A stretch of 64,000 nt of DNA from Patescibacteria group bacterium (GCA_041649155.1 JBAZNP010000001.1:302564-366563); one strand, 5' to 3'. Numbered from the stretch's first letter, positions 47,976-57,645 are shown. The notes: a model not told the origin generated them from the letters alone. Numbers and translations are program-made.

Positions 47976-48137
47976 ATGTCAAAAACAAAAAATTTAAAAA
48001 CAAATAACACAAACCCTGGAATATGTCGTATTGAAGAAATCAAATCGACTATTTCTTCCCTAAAACCTCAGGTTTGCCAAGCAGAAGTCTATGAAACCTG
48101 GGACAATATTTTTGAAACCAACGAGAACGATCAATAA
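47976..48137 (+). CDS. Small ORF (53 aa; MSKTKNLKTNNTNPGICRIEEIKSTISSLKPQVCQAEVYETWDNIFETNENDQ)
   Basis: Translated by hand. Too short for the ORF track. Follows the strong promoter. Contains two Cys. Confidence 0.25.
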   Translation: MSKTKNLKTNNTNPGICRIEEIKSTISSLKPQVCQAEVYETWDNIFETNENDQ

Positions 48138-48139
48138 TC

Positions 48140-48273
48140 AAGACACAAGATACAATCAACCAATTAAATCTCAATGCTCAATTAATCAATGTTCAAACGT
48201 TTGAATCTTTGGTGATTGATTGTTGAATATTGTTTGGTTATTGTTCCTTGTCTCTTGTATCTTGCTTGTCTCC
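48140..48273. repeat. Family-D element: inverted heptamer-iteron arrays around a central palindrome TTCAAACGTTTGAA
   Basis: AAGACAC AAGATAC ... TTCAAACGTTTGAA ... CTTGTCT CTTGTAT CTTGCTT. About 80% identical to the copy at 63284-63416. Overlaps the 3' end of the recombinase gene. Confidence 0.7.
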
Positions 48274-49329
48274 TAACAAGCTCTTGCCGTGAAACTTTTG
48301 GTGTATTTCTCTTAAATGCTGATCGGTGACATGGGTATAAACCTGAGTGGTTGTTATCGAAGAGTGGCCAAGAAGTGACTGTACGCTTCTAATATCAGCT
48401 CCAGAAATTAACAAGTCAGTTGCAAAAGAATGTCTCAAGGTGTGAGGTGAAACCTTTTTGGCCAATCCTGCTCTTGTTGAATATTTTTTAACAATTCGCT
48501 CAATGGACCTAACCGTTAATCTCGTTTCTTTATTGGATAAGAATAAAGGAGGACTATTCTTCGAGGTCGATTTATCGGCCGAGAAGTTCTCCTGATAGTT
48601 CTCATCTTTCAGATTCGAACAATAGCCTCTCTCTTCCAAATATTCCTTTGTTGAACTTATTGCGCTCATTGACAAAAAAACGACTCTAAGCTTTTTACCT
48701 TTACCCAAGACAGCAATCTCGCCTCTTTCAAAATTTAAATCAGAAACATTTAATGAAGCAAGTTCTGACACTCTCATGCCGGTAGAAAATAAGATTTCCA
48801 GAATTGCACGATCTCGCAAACCAGAGGTAGAGTTTGTGTTAGGAGCATTTAAAATCGAATTCATTTCCTCTGATTCTAGAAAAGTAATTTCTCTGTCTCC
48901 TGTCTTTGCAACCGATACCTTTTCCGGAGACAAAGAACCTATGCCCCTAAAAGCCAGATACCGCAAAAAAGCCCTCAGCGCTAAAATATGATAATTCTGA
49001 GTCGATTTTTTTAGTTCCTTGCCATATCGATCCAGCAGGCGATTTACATGCAAGCGATATTGGCGAACAGCTTCCTGATCAATATCAGCAGGAGCAAGCT
49101 CTAATTTTTCATTTACCATTTTACATTGATCATTTATTTTGTCATTTATCATTTGATCATTTGGGTTTATTTCGGATTTCGGATTTCGGATTTCGGATTT
49201 ATAAGTTTCTAACCAAGTTAGAAACTTAGTAAGGTATCTATCGTAACCAGAAATGGTCAGGGCGGACCGCCCTTTGTCAAGTTCGCAGTATTCTAAGAAT
49301 TCTCTTTTGAGATTAAACAGATCAGGCAT
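48238..49329 (-). CDS. Tyrosine site-specific recombinase (XerC/XerD/integrase family) with a low-complexity N-terminal insertion
   Basis: Catalytic motifs RVSELASL, HTLRHSFATDLL and GHSSITTTQVYTHV. Confidence 0.85.
   Translation of the reverse strand: MPDLFNLKREFLEYCELDKGRSALTISGYDRYLTKFLTWLETYKSEIRNPKSEINPNDQMINDKINDQCKMVNEKLELAPADIDQEAVRQYRLHVNRLLDRYGKELKKSTQNYHILALRAFLRYLAFRGIGSLSPEKVSVAKTGDREITFLESEEMNSILNAPNTNSTSGLRDRAILEILFSTGMRVSELASLNVSDLNFERGEIAVLGKGKKLRVVFLSMSAISSTKEYLEERGYCSNLKDENYQENFSADKSTSKNSPPLFLSNKETRLTVRSIERIVKKYSTRAGLAKKVSPHTLRHSFATDLLISGADIRSVQSLLGHSSITTTQVYTHVTDQHLREIHQKFHGKSLLGDKQDTRDKEQ
49169..49200. repeat. Heptanucleotide tandem repeat (ATTTCGG) x4.6 inside the recombinase coding sequence
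   Basis: tatttcggatttcggatttcggatttcggattt, encoding ...NPKSEIRNPKSEI.... Confidence 0.8.
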
Positions 49330-49332
49330 GGA

Positions 49333-49884
49333 CTATTCCCAATCTTTCTCAAGTTTTTGCACAATTTTACGGGCAAAAACGCCGGATATTATACCAATAA
49401 TAGCTCCACCGATTACATCTGAAGGATAATGGAGTCCAGTGCCAACCCTGCTAATAGCTACTAGTATTGCCAAGATAAATAAAACAGCACCTAATTTACG
49501 ATGACCATAAAGGAAAATGCTGGTTGCAATAGCAAACGCAATGTAAGTATGACTTGAAGGAAAAGAGAGGTCATCCACTCGTAGTCCTGCAGTATAAGGC
49601 ATAACTAAATCGGCATGAGCAATATAAGGCCTTGGTCTTTGCCATAAAATTGAAATTACAACATCCATAAATCCGGCAATACCCAATGCCAAAAAACCGC
49701 AGAAAAAAGCTTTAATCTTTTTGTTCCAAATCAAATAAGTGAATGATAAAAAGAAAAAAACAATCCCATACTTTGCAAAAAAATAAAACAGGACTTCGTA
49801 AAAAATCCTATTTTTACTAATTTCATATAGGTAAAAATAAGAATTAAAATCATACGCTCTTATTTGTTCCAAAACTTGTTGCAT
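49333..49884 (-). CDS. PAP2 family phosphatase
   Basis: PSSHT and SRVGTGLHYPSDV motifs. Confidence 0.75.
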   Translation of the reverse strand: MQQVLEQIRAYDFNSYFYLYEISKNRIFYEVLFYFFAKYGIVFFFLSFTYLIWNKKIKAFFCGFLALGIAGFMDVVISILWQRPRPYIAHADLVMPYTAGLRVDDLSFPSSHTYIAFAIATSIFLYGHRKLGAVLFILAILVAISRVGTGLHYPSDVIGGAIIGIISGVFARKIVQKLEKDWE

Positions 49885-49942
49885 AAATTAATTCTATGAG
49901 TTCAAGGTACAAAAAGCAACTGGTTTGTGATAAAATAAATAC

Positions 49943-50749
49943 ATGATAGAAGTATATCGATCTTTAATCATTGGAGCCGTTCAAGGTGTAACGGAATTTT
50001 TACCGATTTCGTCGTCGGCCCATTTGGTACTCGTGCCATATATCTTTAATTGGGATTATAAGGGCTTGAGTTTTGATATCGCCCTTCATTTTGGCACCGT
50101 AATTGCAATAGTAGCCTATTTTTGGAAAGACTGGATGGTTTTAATAAAGTCGGCAGCCAGCAGTCGGCAGCCAGCAGATAGTGACCCAGCAAAATATCCA
50201 AAAAATCTTCTTTGGCAGATAATAATTGCAACGATTCCCACAGCTATTATTGGTTATTTAATAAGTGATTACGTAGAAAGTACTTTTCATTCGCCAATTT
50301 TACTTGCATCCAATTTGGTTATATTTGGCATAATCTTATATTTAGTTGATCTTTTTACAAAAACAAGCAGTCAAATTTCCAACATTGGCTACAAACAAAC
50401 ATTTACTGTTGGTCTAGCTCAATGTCTGGCTTTAATTCCCGGCGTGTCACGCTCCGGAATTACAATGATTGCTAGCCGATCACTTGGCCTCGACAGAGAA
50501 AACGCCGCCCGATTTTCTTTCTTATTGGGTACTCCAGCTATGATCGGAGCATTCATATTTGATATTAAGGACTTACCCCTAAGCTCAATAAATTTGCCAT
50601 TCATTTTAGGGGTAATTTCATCAACATTTTTTGGTTTTCTGACAATTAAATATTTGTTACAATATTTAAAGAGGGGCAATTTTTCTGTATTTATGTGGTA
50701 CCGGATCCTGCTTGCAGGAATAGTTCTAGCGATTTATTTTGCAAGATAA
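49943..50749 (+). CDS. uppP: Undecaprenyl-diphosphatase
   Basis: GVTEFLPISSSAHL and ISRSGITM motifs. Confidence 0.9.
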   Translation: MIEVYRSLIIGAVQGVTEFLPISSSAHLVLVPYIFNWDYKGLSFDIALHFGTVIAIVAYFWKDWMVLIKSAASSRQPADSDPAKYPKNLLWQIIIATIPTAIIGYLISDYVESTFHSPILLASNLVIFGIILYLVDLFTKTSSQISNIGYKQTFTVGLAQCLALIPGVSRSGITMIASRSLGLDRENAARFSFLLGTPAMIGAFIFDIKDLPLSSINLPFILGVISSTFFGFLTIKYLLQYLKRGNFSVFMWYRILLAGIVLAIYFAR

Positions 50750-50760
50750 GATCGTTCACG

Positions 50761-50805
50761 AAGATACAAGATAGCAAGAAACAAATTACAAACAAATACA
50801 AATAT
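50761..50805. repeat. Family-D heptamer-iteron array (AAGATAC AAGATAG CAAGAAAC AAATTAC ...) immediately upstream of the four-helix-bundle gene
   Basis: Matches the forward arm of the elements at 48140 and 63284. Confidence 0.55.
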
Positions 50806-50809
50806 TCAA

Positions 50810-51178
50810 ATGTCAAATAATCCAAACGATAAAAAAGAATTCAATTTAGAGGAAAGAACAACAGAATTTGCAAAAAGAGTTATCAGATTGTGTAAATCGA
50901 TACCAAGAAATCCTATAAATGATCGCATTACAGGACAATTGACCGGAAGTTCTGGATCGGTAGGAGCAAATTATCGAGAAGCAAATGATGCACTTGGTAA
51001 GAAGGATTTTATTCTAAGGATTAAGATTTCAAGAAAAGAAGCGAAAGAGGCCATTCATTGGTTAGAATGTTTAAAAGAAGCTAACAATGAAGGATACTAT
51101 CAAGAAATCAATTGCTGTATAAAAGAAGCAACTGAACTGAAGAACATTTTATCTTCAATACTTAATAAAGTCTGTTAA
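50810..51178 (+). CDS. Four-helix-bundle protein (23S rRNA IVS protein / Avd-like family)
   Basis: TGQLTGSSGSVGANYREANDA and KISRKEAKEAIHWL motifs typical of the TIGR02436-type family. Confidence 0.7.
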   Translation: MSNNPNDKKEFNLEERTTEFAKRVIRLCKSIPRNPINDRITGQLTGSSGSVGANYREANDALGKKDFILRIKISRKEAKEAIHWLECLKEANNEGYYQEINCCIKEATELKNILSSILNKVC

Positions 51179-51193
51179 TTGGATATTGAAAAT

Positions 51194-51236
51194 TGTTCCT
51201 TGTTTGTAATTTGTATCTTGTAACTTGTTTCTTAAA
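51194..51236. repeat. Family-D heptamer-iteron array, reverse arm, downstream of the four-helix-bundle gene
   Basis: aattgttccttgtttgtaatttgtatcttgtaacttgtttctt. Shares attgttccttgt and tgtatcttgtaacttgt with 48241-48270 and 63381-63416. Confidence 0.55.
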
Positions 51237-51246
51237 AGGAATCGAA

Positions 51247-51918
51247 ATGGATCAATCTTTAAAAAATAACTTGAATAAACCTTCAGCCAAAAACGATAAA
51301 AAACTACCATTGTGGCTTCGTTGGGTAATTTTGATTGCACTTGTAGTTTTAATATTTTTACTTTTGTTTTTACTGATAAAGCCGCTCCGAACCTACTCGG
51401 CACAAAAATACATCACAGAAGGAGATCAATATTTAGCCAATAAAGAATATTTGCATGCTGACTTGGCCTACGATAAAGCACTTACTCTTTTTCCGAGCAG
51501 TAAAGCAGCCGAAGAAAGAAAGACTTTAAACAAAGAGGCTTCTCAAAATGTTTTGGTTCTGGAAGATTTTTACAAATCAAATAACTTTAATAGTCAGAAA
51601 GAAAAGCTTGATGAGGCAACCGCTTTTCCAACAAATGAGACTGAGGCGGTTAAACTCTCAAAACAATTAATCGAAGAAAACGAATACCAATTAGCCATCA
51701 TTCCTGCTAAAACCGCAACCGAAATGGCGCCGGATTATAAAGACGCGTGGATTTATCTCGGCATCTCCAACTTAAAAACCGCCGAATTAGCGGACTTAAC
51801 CTCAAGTGTTCAAGCCGGATATATTAGCAAAGCAAAAGAAGCTTTTGAAAAAGCAAAACAAATCGATCCAGAATCAAAGACAGTGGATGATTATTTAGAT
51901 TCAATAGATAAATTGTAG
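51247..51918 (+). CDS. Membrane-anchored TPR-like repeat protein
   Basis: N-terminal TM helix (LWLRWVILIALVVLIFLLLFLLI) followed by helical repeats. The track ORF begins upstream at 51193. Confidence 0.5.
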   Translation: MDQSLKNNLNKPSAKNDKKLPLWLRWVILIALVVLIFLLLFLLIKPLRTYSAQKYITEGDQYLANKEYLHADLAYDKALTLFPSSKAAEERKTLNKEASQNVLVLEDFYKSNNFNSQKEKLDEATAFPTNETEAVKLSKQLIEENEYQLAIIPAKTATEMAPDYKDAWIYLGISNLKTAELADLTSSVQAGYISKAKEAFEKAKQIDPESKTVDDYLDSIDKL

Positions 51919-51975
51919 CTCACGTTCTAATATTGATATCTGTTATCTAGCATCTGATTACTAACTTGGGGAGGG

Positions 51976-53022
51976 GTGATGCGAATAAAACTTATCTATA
52001 AAACACTTATTAATACAATTCTAGTTCTATCTTTGTTAATTAATATTTTAGTTATTAATGTCCCAAGATCTCATGCAGAAGATTTTGCCGTGTTTATATC
52101 TATTGGATCTAATCCAGCAGGAGCAACTGTAAAAGTTGACGGAAAGACCCTCCGAGATGTTTATACTCTTGGTTATGTTACAGATACATACGGCGGAGAA
52201 AGTTGTTTTGCATTAAGAGACCCAAGTAAAGCAAAGGAGTACTCACTTGAAGTTTCTTACCCTGGTTACAAAAGTTACACAAAAAAATTTGATCTGGCCT
52301 TGAATATAATAACGGATGAATGGGCAGCAGAAACAGAAGTTGATAAGCCTAAACCATGCACAAGTTCCACAAAAAGCAGTACTATCGATCTTGGAACTGT
52401 TAAACTTAGTAAGAATACAGAAGCAACAACTCCCAAAGGATCAGTGATTAAGGAATCATCTGGTGACACAGGAGCTTCCCAAGACGCTACCGGACTATCC
52501 ATTCCAACACTAAAAGCTACTGTCCAGCTGTATGAAAACGGTGTTGGAAAAATTAATTTAAACTGGTCTCCCCCAACAAAGCTGCCTTCTGGTGCGACTA
52601 TTTCCGGATATGAAATATCAAGAGGTTCTCCAGACAATAGTAACGCTAACGCTCAAAATAATATGGTAGAAATTGGACAATCAACCACCACCTCTTTTAC
52701 AGATACAGTTGCCGGCAGTCAGACTTATAATTACCAGGTATCATATAATCTATCAAACGGAGATGGCGGCGATTCTTCGAATATTTTGTCCATTACTCTT
52801 ACTAATAACGATATTCAGTTTAATAAATTTATAGTGCAAAACGTCCAGGAAAATACAGACGTAGACTATTGCCCTGGATCCAAGCTTTCACAACCAGCCA
52901 CATGGTTTGCTAGCAGTTTATGCGGACTAGGAGTAGTGCTTTGGAAAGCAGGAGAAAGCCTTATGGATTTCGCCCAAAAACAACTTTTAGCTGTATTAGG
53001 TTACACCAAAACAGGCTATTAA
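51976..53022 (+). CDS. Secreted protein with PEGA-like and fibronectin type III-like domains
   Basis: Signal peptide, then PAGATVKVDGK...PGYKSYTK (PEGA-like), then WSPPTKLPSGATISGYEISRG (Fn3-like). Confidence 0.45.
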   Translation: MMRIKLIYKTLINTILVLSLLINILVINVPRSHAEDFAVFISIGSNPAGATVKVDGKTLRDVYTLGYVTDTYGGESCFALRDPSKAKEYSLEVSYPGYKSYTKKFDLALNIITDEWAAETEVDKPKPCTSSTKSSTIDLGTVKLSKNTEATTPKGSVIKESSGDTGASQDATGLSIPTLKATVQLYENGVGKINLNWSPPTKLPSGATISGYEISRGSPDNSNANAQNNMVEIGQSTTTSFTDTVAGSQTYNYQVSYNLSNGDGGDSSNILSITLTNNDIQFNKFIVQNVQENTDVDYCPGSKLSQPATWFASSLCGLGVVLWKAGESLMDFAQKQLLAVLGYTKTGY

Positions 53023-53035
53023 GTTATAAATAATC

Positions 53036-55873
53036 ATGATTAGAAATATTAAAACATACAAAAAGACTCTGTTTGTTGCTTTCATATGCTTCATTCTTTC
53101 TGCTTGCTTATTTTCATTTGCTCCGAAAGCTCATGCCGCCTTTCAAATAGAGCCGATATATTCAGTTTTAAAAAATACTGACTCAGGCACAGGCCAACAA
53201 ATTAAAGAAATTTGGAGCAAAATAATTACTTATGTTAATTATTTTATTATTGCAGTGCTAATATTTGTTGCTTTTGCACAGATACTTCGCATTAATGTTA
53301 ATACGTATGGAATAAAAAAAATTCTTCCAGCCCTTTTACTCGCCATAATTGCAGCCAATTTTAGTTTTTTGTTCTGTCGATTACTTGTCGATCTGGCAAA
53401 TGTCACCTTGAGTCTGTTTATTGAAAACCCAGTTGACCATTCTGCTCTTTCGGCTAATTTTAGTGGAAGCTGGGCCAATCCTACAAATGCTTTGGAAGAT
53501 GGTAGCGTCGGAGACATAGTTTGGTTTATGATATCACAACTATTTGTTATAGTTGGCGCTGTTTTAGTACTTATTCTAGCGTATCTTTTTATTATTAGGA
53601 TTTGGATGGTTTACTTTCTAGTTGTCCTTGCCCCTCTTGCTTTTATGTCTACAGTCCTGCCTGCCACAAAAAGCCTTTTCAATCAGTGGTGGAGCAACTT
53701 TGCCAAATGGGTTTTCATGCCGGTAGTTTCAGTATTCTGGATATGGCTAGGCAATCAATGGGTGGGATCAATTAAGAATGATTCTATGATGAGCTATGTC
53801 TTTGCTGGAGTCTGTTACTATCTGGCAATCACCACTCCGTTCAAGATGGGTGGAGCGATAATGAGCGGCTGGGCCAATTTTGGCAAAAAAGCATACAACA
53901 ACTGGGCTACCAGAAAAGCAAAGGAGAAGTGGGTTGATCCTGCAATACAAGAAGTTAAAGATAACGCAATGTCTTGGTACAGATCACAAGGAAGCGGACA
54001 TAAATATAACCCGATTGGCATGATTGCCAGACGAGGAAAGAGAGTTGAAGACAGAAGAAAAGACGCGACAGAAAGAGCAGCAGCATGGGATAATACCCTC
54101 TACAGAGAAGCAATGGGTGGCAAAGAAGGCCAATATTTAAGCAAAGCCAAACAAGAAGCCATAGGAAAACGTAAAGCTGACATTAGTTCTCTATTAGGCG
54201 AAAAAGAATGGATGGAGCAACATTTAGAGGAACTTCACCTGGGAACAGAAGCTGGGAAGGAAGATTTAGACAGCCGCGTTCAGTTTTATTTTAGAACACA
54301 AGGCACCGATAAGGCAGTGGAAAGACTGAATTCTCAAGCGAAAGCTGATGTGCTGGCAGAGGAACCAGGCGAAGGGCAAGGAGACTTTTTCAAGAACCAA
54401 AATTACGTCCATTGGTACAAAAAATGGGTTGAAGAAAATGCGAAAAACAGACCTGCTGTTGCTTCGGCAAAAAAACTTGAGGCTGATATCCTATCAGATA
54501 CATATCTTGATGCAGCGAAACTCAATCTAACTCTTTTGGGCTATAAAGCTTCAAAAAATACTTTGATCGACGTAGAAAAAATCCTGAAGGATCCAACATC
54601 CCTACCAGAAGAAGAGAGAAACAAACTAGAAAAAAAATACCGTATTGGCAATATCGCACAACTTAGCGGGGCCGAAAGAAAGTCTTTAACGACAATATAT
54701 CAAGAGACAAAGAAGAAAAATGATCTTGCAGAATCCGACTTTAGTCTGCAAAGTGCCGCTCTTTTAAAGAAATATGCAAAGACGGACAGTCAGGGAAATG
54801 TTGTTGGGTTTAAAGGCATGTCAGATATTTTAGAGAAAATGTGGAAGGATCAAAATGGTAATTTTACCACCAGCATAAATAAAGTTAGAGAGATGGCTGA
54901 TGTGAACGGAATTTCAGAAGCTGCAAAAGGTATGTGGAATGACAGGCTAGCAAAAGAGCTGGCCAACGACCACAACGAAGAACTCAGGGCGACCCAATCA
55001 AAACGTTCTAGTCTTGGCGCCGAGATCTATCTTCAAACCGAGATGCCTGCTGATTATGAACTTCATCTACAAGGAAGAGATGGCGCTATAATCGGCTCAA
55101 GAAGCAAAAAGGTTTATGCCGAAGTCAACCACTCAACAAAGGCAGCTCCGCAAAATCCCGAAACAGCAACAATTTATCAGCTAAAAGGCGAACAAGAAGC
55201 CAGAATCGCTTCAACCGATTGGGAAAGAGGAAAAGCTTCAAGAGATGTCTTGTCAAGCTCTGTTGCTGAAGCCTTGGAAAAATTTATGAAAAGTAGTCAA
55301 ACTCTCAACAAAGCTACTACAAATGCGATGGAAAAAATGGCCAACGAAATTGCTAAATCACAAAATGTTTCTGCCGAAAAATTAAAGGGATTTGTTGAGA
55401 CCTATAAGAAAAAAACAGATTTCACCGAAGAAGAAAAAACAAAGATGAAACAATACCAAGAAGAAACACTTAAAGATATTGCAAGCGATTTTTATAACAT
55501 AAAGGGGACAAAAAAAGAAGCTGGGTACAACCAGAACATTCATGTTTATCATGATGAAACAGGCAACCTAAAAGTTAGCTTACTAGACAGTGTTAACAAA
55601 GATAGCGCCCAAGGTGCCCTAAAGCAACAAGCTGAGATAGCCAGCATATTAAACACATCAATTATTAATCATACTTCAAGAAGCGGACCGGGCGCCGATG
55701 CCCGAAACGGTTTAATGGCTAGAAGGATCTTAGCAACTCCGGTTGTAAACACAGAAGCACATGTTGCATTTTATGAAAAACCCTACCTGCCTCCAAAGAT
55801 TGTATCTGAAAAAGAGATTGAAGAATATGGAGACGAACCAATAGAATTTAAAGAATTCGGAGAAAATGCATGA
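53036..55873 (+). CDS. VirB6/TrbL/TcpH-like polytopic membrane protein with a long charged coiled-coil C-terminal domain
   Basis: Signal peptide, ~7 TM helices in the first ~300 aa, then ~640 aa of K/E-rich hydrophilic sequence. This is the architecture of Gram-positive VirB6 analogues. No sequence-level proof. Confidence 0.45.
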   Translation: MIRNIKTYKKTLFVAFICFILSACLFSFAPKAHAAFQIEPIYSVLKNTDSGTGQQIKEIWSKIITYVNYFIIAVLIFVAFAQILRINVNTYGIKKILPALLLAIIAANFSFLFCRLLVDLANVTLSLFIENPVDHSALSANFSGSWANPTNALEDGSVGDIVWFMISQLFVIVGAVLVLILAYLFIIRIWMVYFLVVLAPLAFMSTVLPATKSLFNQWWSNFAKWVFMPVVSVFWIWLGNQWVGSIKNDSMMSYVFAGVCYYLAITTPFKMGGAIMSGWANFGKKAYNNWATRKAKEKWVDPAIQEVKDNAMSWYRSQGSGHKYNPIGMIARRGKRVEDRRKDATERAAAWDNTLYREAMGGKEGQYLSKAKQEAIGKRKADISSLLGEKEWMEQHLEELHLGTEAGKEDLDSRVQFYFRTQGTDKAVERLNSQAKADVLAEEPGEGQGDFFKNQNYVHWYKKWVEENAKNRPAVASAKKLEADILSDTYLDAAKLNLTLLGYKASKNTLIDVEKILKDPTSLPEEERNKLEKKYRIGNIAQLSGAERKSLTTIYQETKKKNDLAESDFSLQSAALLKKYAKTDSQGNVVGFKGMSDILEKMWKDQNGNFTTSINKVREMADVNGISEAAKGMWNDRLAKELANDHNEELRATQSKRSSLGAEIYLQTEMPADYELHLQGRDGAIIGSRSKKVYAEVNHSTKAAPQNPETATIYQLKGEQEARIASTDWERGKASRDVLSSSVAEALEKFMKSSQTLNKATTNAMEKMANEIAKSQNVSAEKLKGFVETYKKKTDFTEEEKTKMKQYQEETLKDIASDFYNIKGTKKEAGYNQNIHVYHDETGNLKVSLLDSVNKDSAQGALKQQAEIASILNTSIINHTSRSGPGADARNGLMARRILATPVVNTEAHVAFYEKPYLPPKIVSEKEIEEYGDEPIEFKEFGENA

Positions 55874-56760
55874 TTTTTGAACTTTCCGATTTTGATAGAA
55901 TAAAAAAATACTCTTTTATTATGGAAGAGAAAACTTTTGCTGAATTGCAAGAATATATTTCTTCGCTGTCTAAACAAGAGTTTTATTTAATTTGGTCGTT
56001 TATCTTTGGATCTGAAATTTTTGGCGAGATTTCTTCTCACAAGATAAAACTGACCGAATTTTTAGCCAAAGAGAATAATGTCAAAATTATGTCAGAGGAT
56101 GCAACAAGAATAGTTTTTACTATTGCCATGTATTACAAATCCGGCTTTAATGCGATAAACAAAGCTTTAGAAAATGAAGTCGGCTCATTGTTCCAACTTT
56201 CAGAGTCTTATAATTCAAATGGCCGCATTGTCACATGGCAGACAATTGCCAAAAGAGCTTTTGAAATCAGAAACGGCATACAAAATCACGCATATCTTTT
56301 AGTGAAAGACTCTGTTAAAGAAGTTATGAGTTACTATAAAATCGACAACCATAAGGATGCCGAGGCAATAGAAAAATTACTCTCACTATCTCTTGAGATA
56401 TTGAAGGTATTTGTCTTAAAAAAGGATTTTTCGTTTAAAGATGCGGAATCTAAAGATTTGTTTGTAAAAATAGAACACTTTTATTCCATGACAAACCATC
56501 TGAAGATGGACATCGAATCCCTGAAAAATGAGGAAAGTTACGATAAAGTTCTAACATACATTGTAAATATGAGGAATGTTTTTCAAGCAAAATTGCATTT
56601 AATTAATCAAAAAATGCCATTAAATGATTATACCGCGGCTCAAAATTTTATTATAAAAAACATGGCGAGAAAAGAAATGGACCGGTATTTGAGTCTGGAA
56701 GAAATTAACCGATTGGGCATAAAACTTGATAGGCTGCAGCCGTCACAGCCCAAAGCATAA
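55870..56760 (+). CDS. Hypothetical all-alpha cytoplasmic protein, translationally coupled to the VirB6-like gene
   Basis: ATGA overlap with upstream gene. No TM segments. 296 aa. Confidence 0.4.
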   Translation: MIFELSDFDRIKKYSFIMEEKTFAELQEYISSLSKQEFYLIWSFIFGSEIFGEISSHKIKLTEFLAKENNVKIMSEDATRIVFTIAMYYKSGFNAINKALENEVGSLFQLSESYNSNGRIVTWQTIAKRAFEIRNGIQNHAYLLVKDSVKEVMSYYKIDNHKDAEAIEKLLSLSLEILKVFVLKKDFSFKDAESKDLFVKIEHFYSMTNHLKMDIESLKNEESYDKVLTYIVNMRNVFQAKLHLINQKMPLNDYTAAQNFIIKNMARKEMDRYLSLEEINRLGIKLDRLQPSQPKA

Positions 56761-56770
56761 AGGAGAACAT

Positions 56771-57088
56771 ATGGAAAATGAACACGGGTTATCACCTAAA
56801 GATATGGGCATTGATAATGAAGAAGAAACACAAATAGTAACAGGGCAAGAAGATTTGTCTTCGCTAAATAACGGAATTCATATCGAAAACGAAGCGACTC
56901 CAGTAAATGAAGCCGTGGAACATACAGCAAGTCAAAATGAACATACGGCCCAAAGGCCTGTAATGGGCGGAGAAATCCCAAAATCCTCTCCCCGACCAAC
57001 TATCGGAAATGAAAGCGTGATGAAAGATTTTGCAGATATTGCCGAAGGAATTGAAAAAGAGTCAGGCTTGGACAACTTGTCAAAATAG
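56771..57088 (+). CDS. Small acidic hypothetical protein
   Basis: AAGGAG RBS 6 nt upstream of ATG. 105 aa, E/N/G-rich. Confidence 0.35.
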   Translation: MENEHGLSPKDMGIDNEEETQIVTGQEDLSSLNNGIHIENEATPVNEAVEHTASQNEHTAQRPVMGGEIPKSSPRPTIGNESVMKDFADIAEGIEKESGLDNLSK

Positions 57089-57240
57089 ATTCTTAGTTTA
57101 AGTTAGCATTTAATTTTTGTCTTCTTTTAAAGATTTTTTTTGTGATATAATTAATACAGAAATGGATGGCAAACATCAACTAGAGTAAAGCCCCAGCTAG
57201 ATAACCCCCATGGGATATCAAGCGGGGCATGGAGGAGTAA

Positions 57241-57645
57241 TTGCAGTTTAAGGTTCCGCAAAATATAGACATGCAGGACAGAATCTTGGGGCCTCTTACC
57301 ATGATTCAGTTTATTTATGCTGTAATCGGCAGTGGAATTTGTTACGCAATTTTTAGTACAGTTCCTAAACCTTTTTCATTTGTGCTCATTCTACCAATAG
57401 CATTATTCGTACTAGCTCTAATTTTTCTAAAAATAAACGAACGCCCTTTTCTAGATTTTTTATTCTCACTTTCCGCCTTCATGACCACACCCAAAAATCG
57501 TGTCTGGCAGCACGATGTTGCGTCCAATTTAAGCGTGGAAATCTATCAATCCAGCCCAATAAATCAAAATAACAATATTCAAACGAAGCAGTTTACCCAT
57601 GAGCAAATACAGGAAATGGCCAAACGAATTGATCAAAAAAGATAA
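57241..57645 (+). CDS. PrgI/VirB3-like small membrane protein
   Basis: TTG start with a GGAGGAG RBS. Two TM helices (GPLTMIQFIYAVIGSGICYAIF; FVLILPIALFVLALIFL). Positioned just upstream of VirB4 as in Gram-positive T4SS loci. Confidence 0.5.
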   Translation: MQFKVPQNIDMQDRILGPLTMIQFIYAVIGSGICYAIFSTVPKPFSFVLILPIALFVLALIFLKINERPFLDFLFSLSAFMTTPKNRVWQHDVASNLSVEIYQSSPINQNNNIQTKQFTHEQIQEMAKRIDQKR

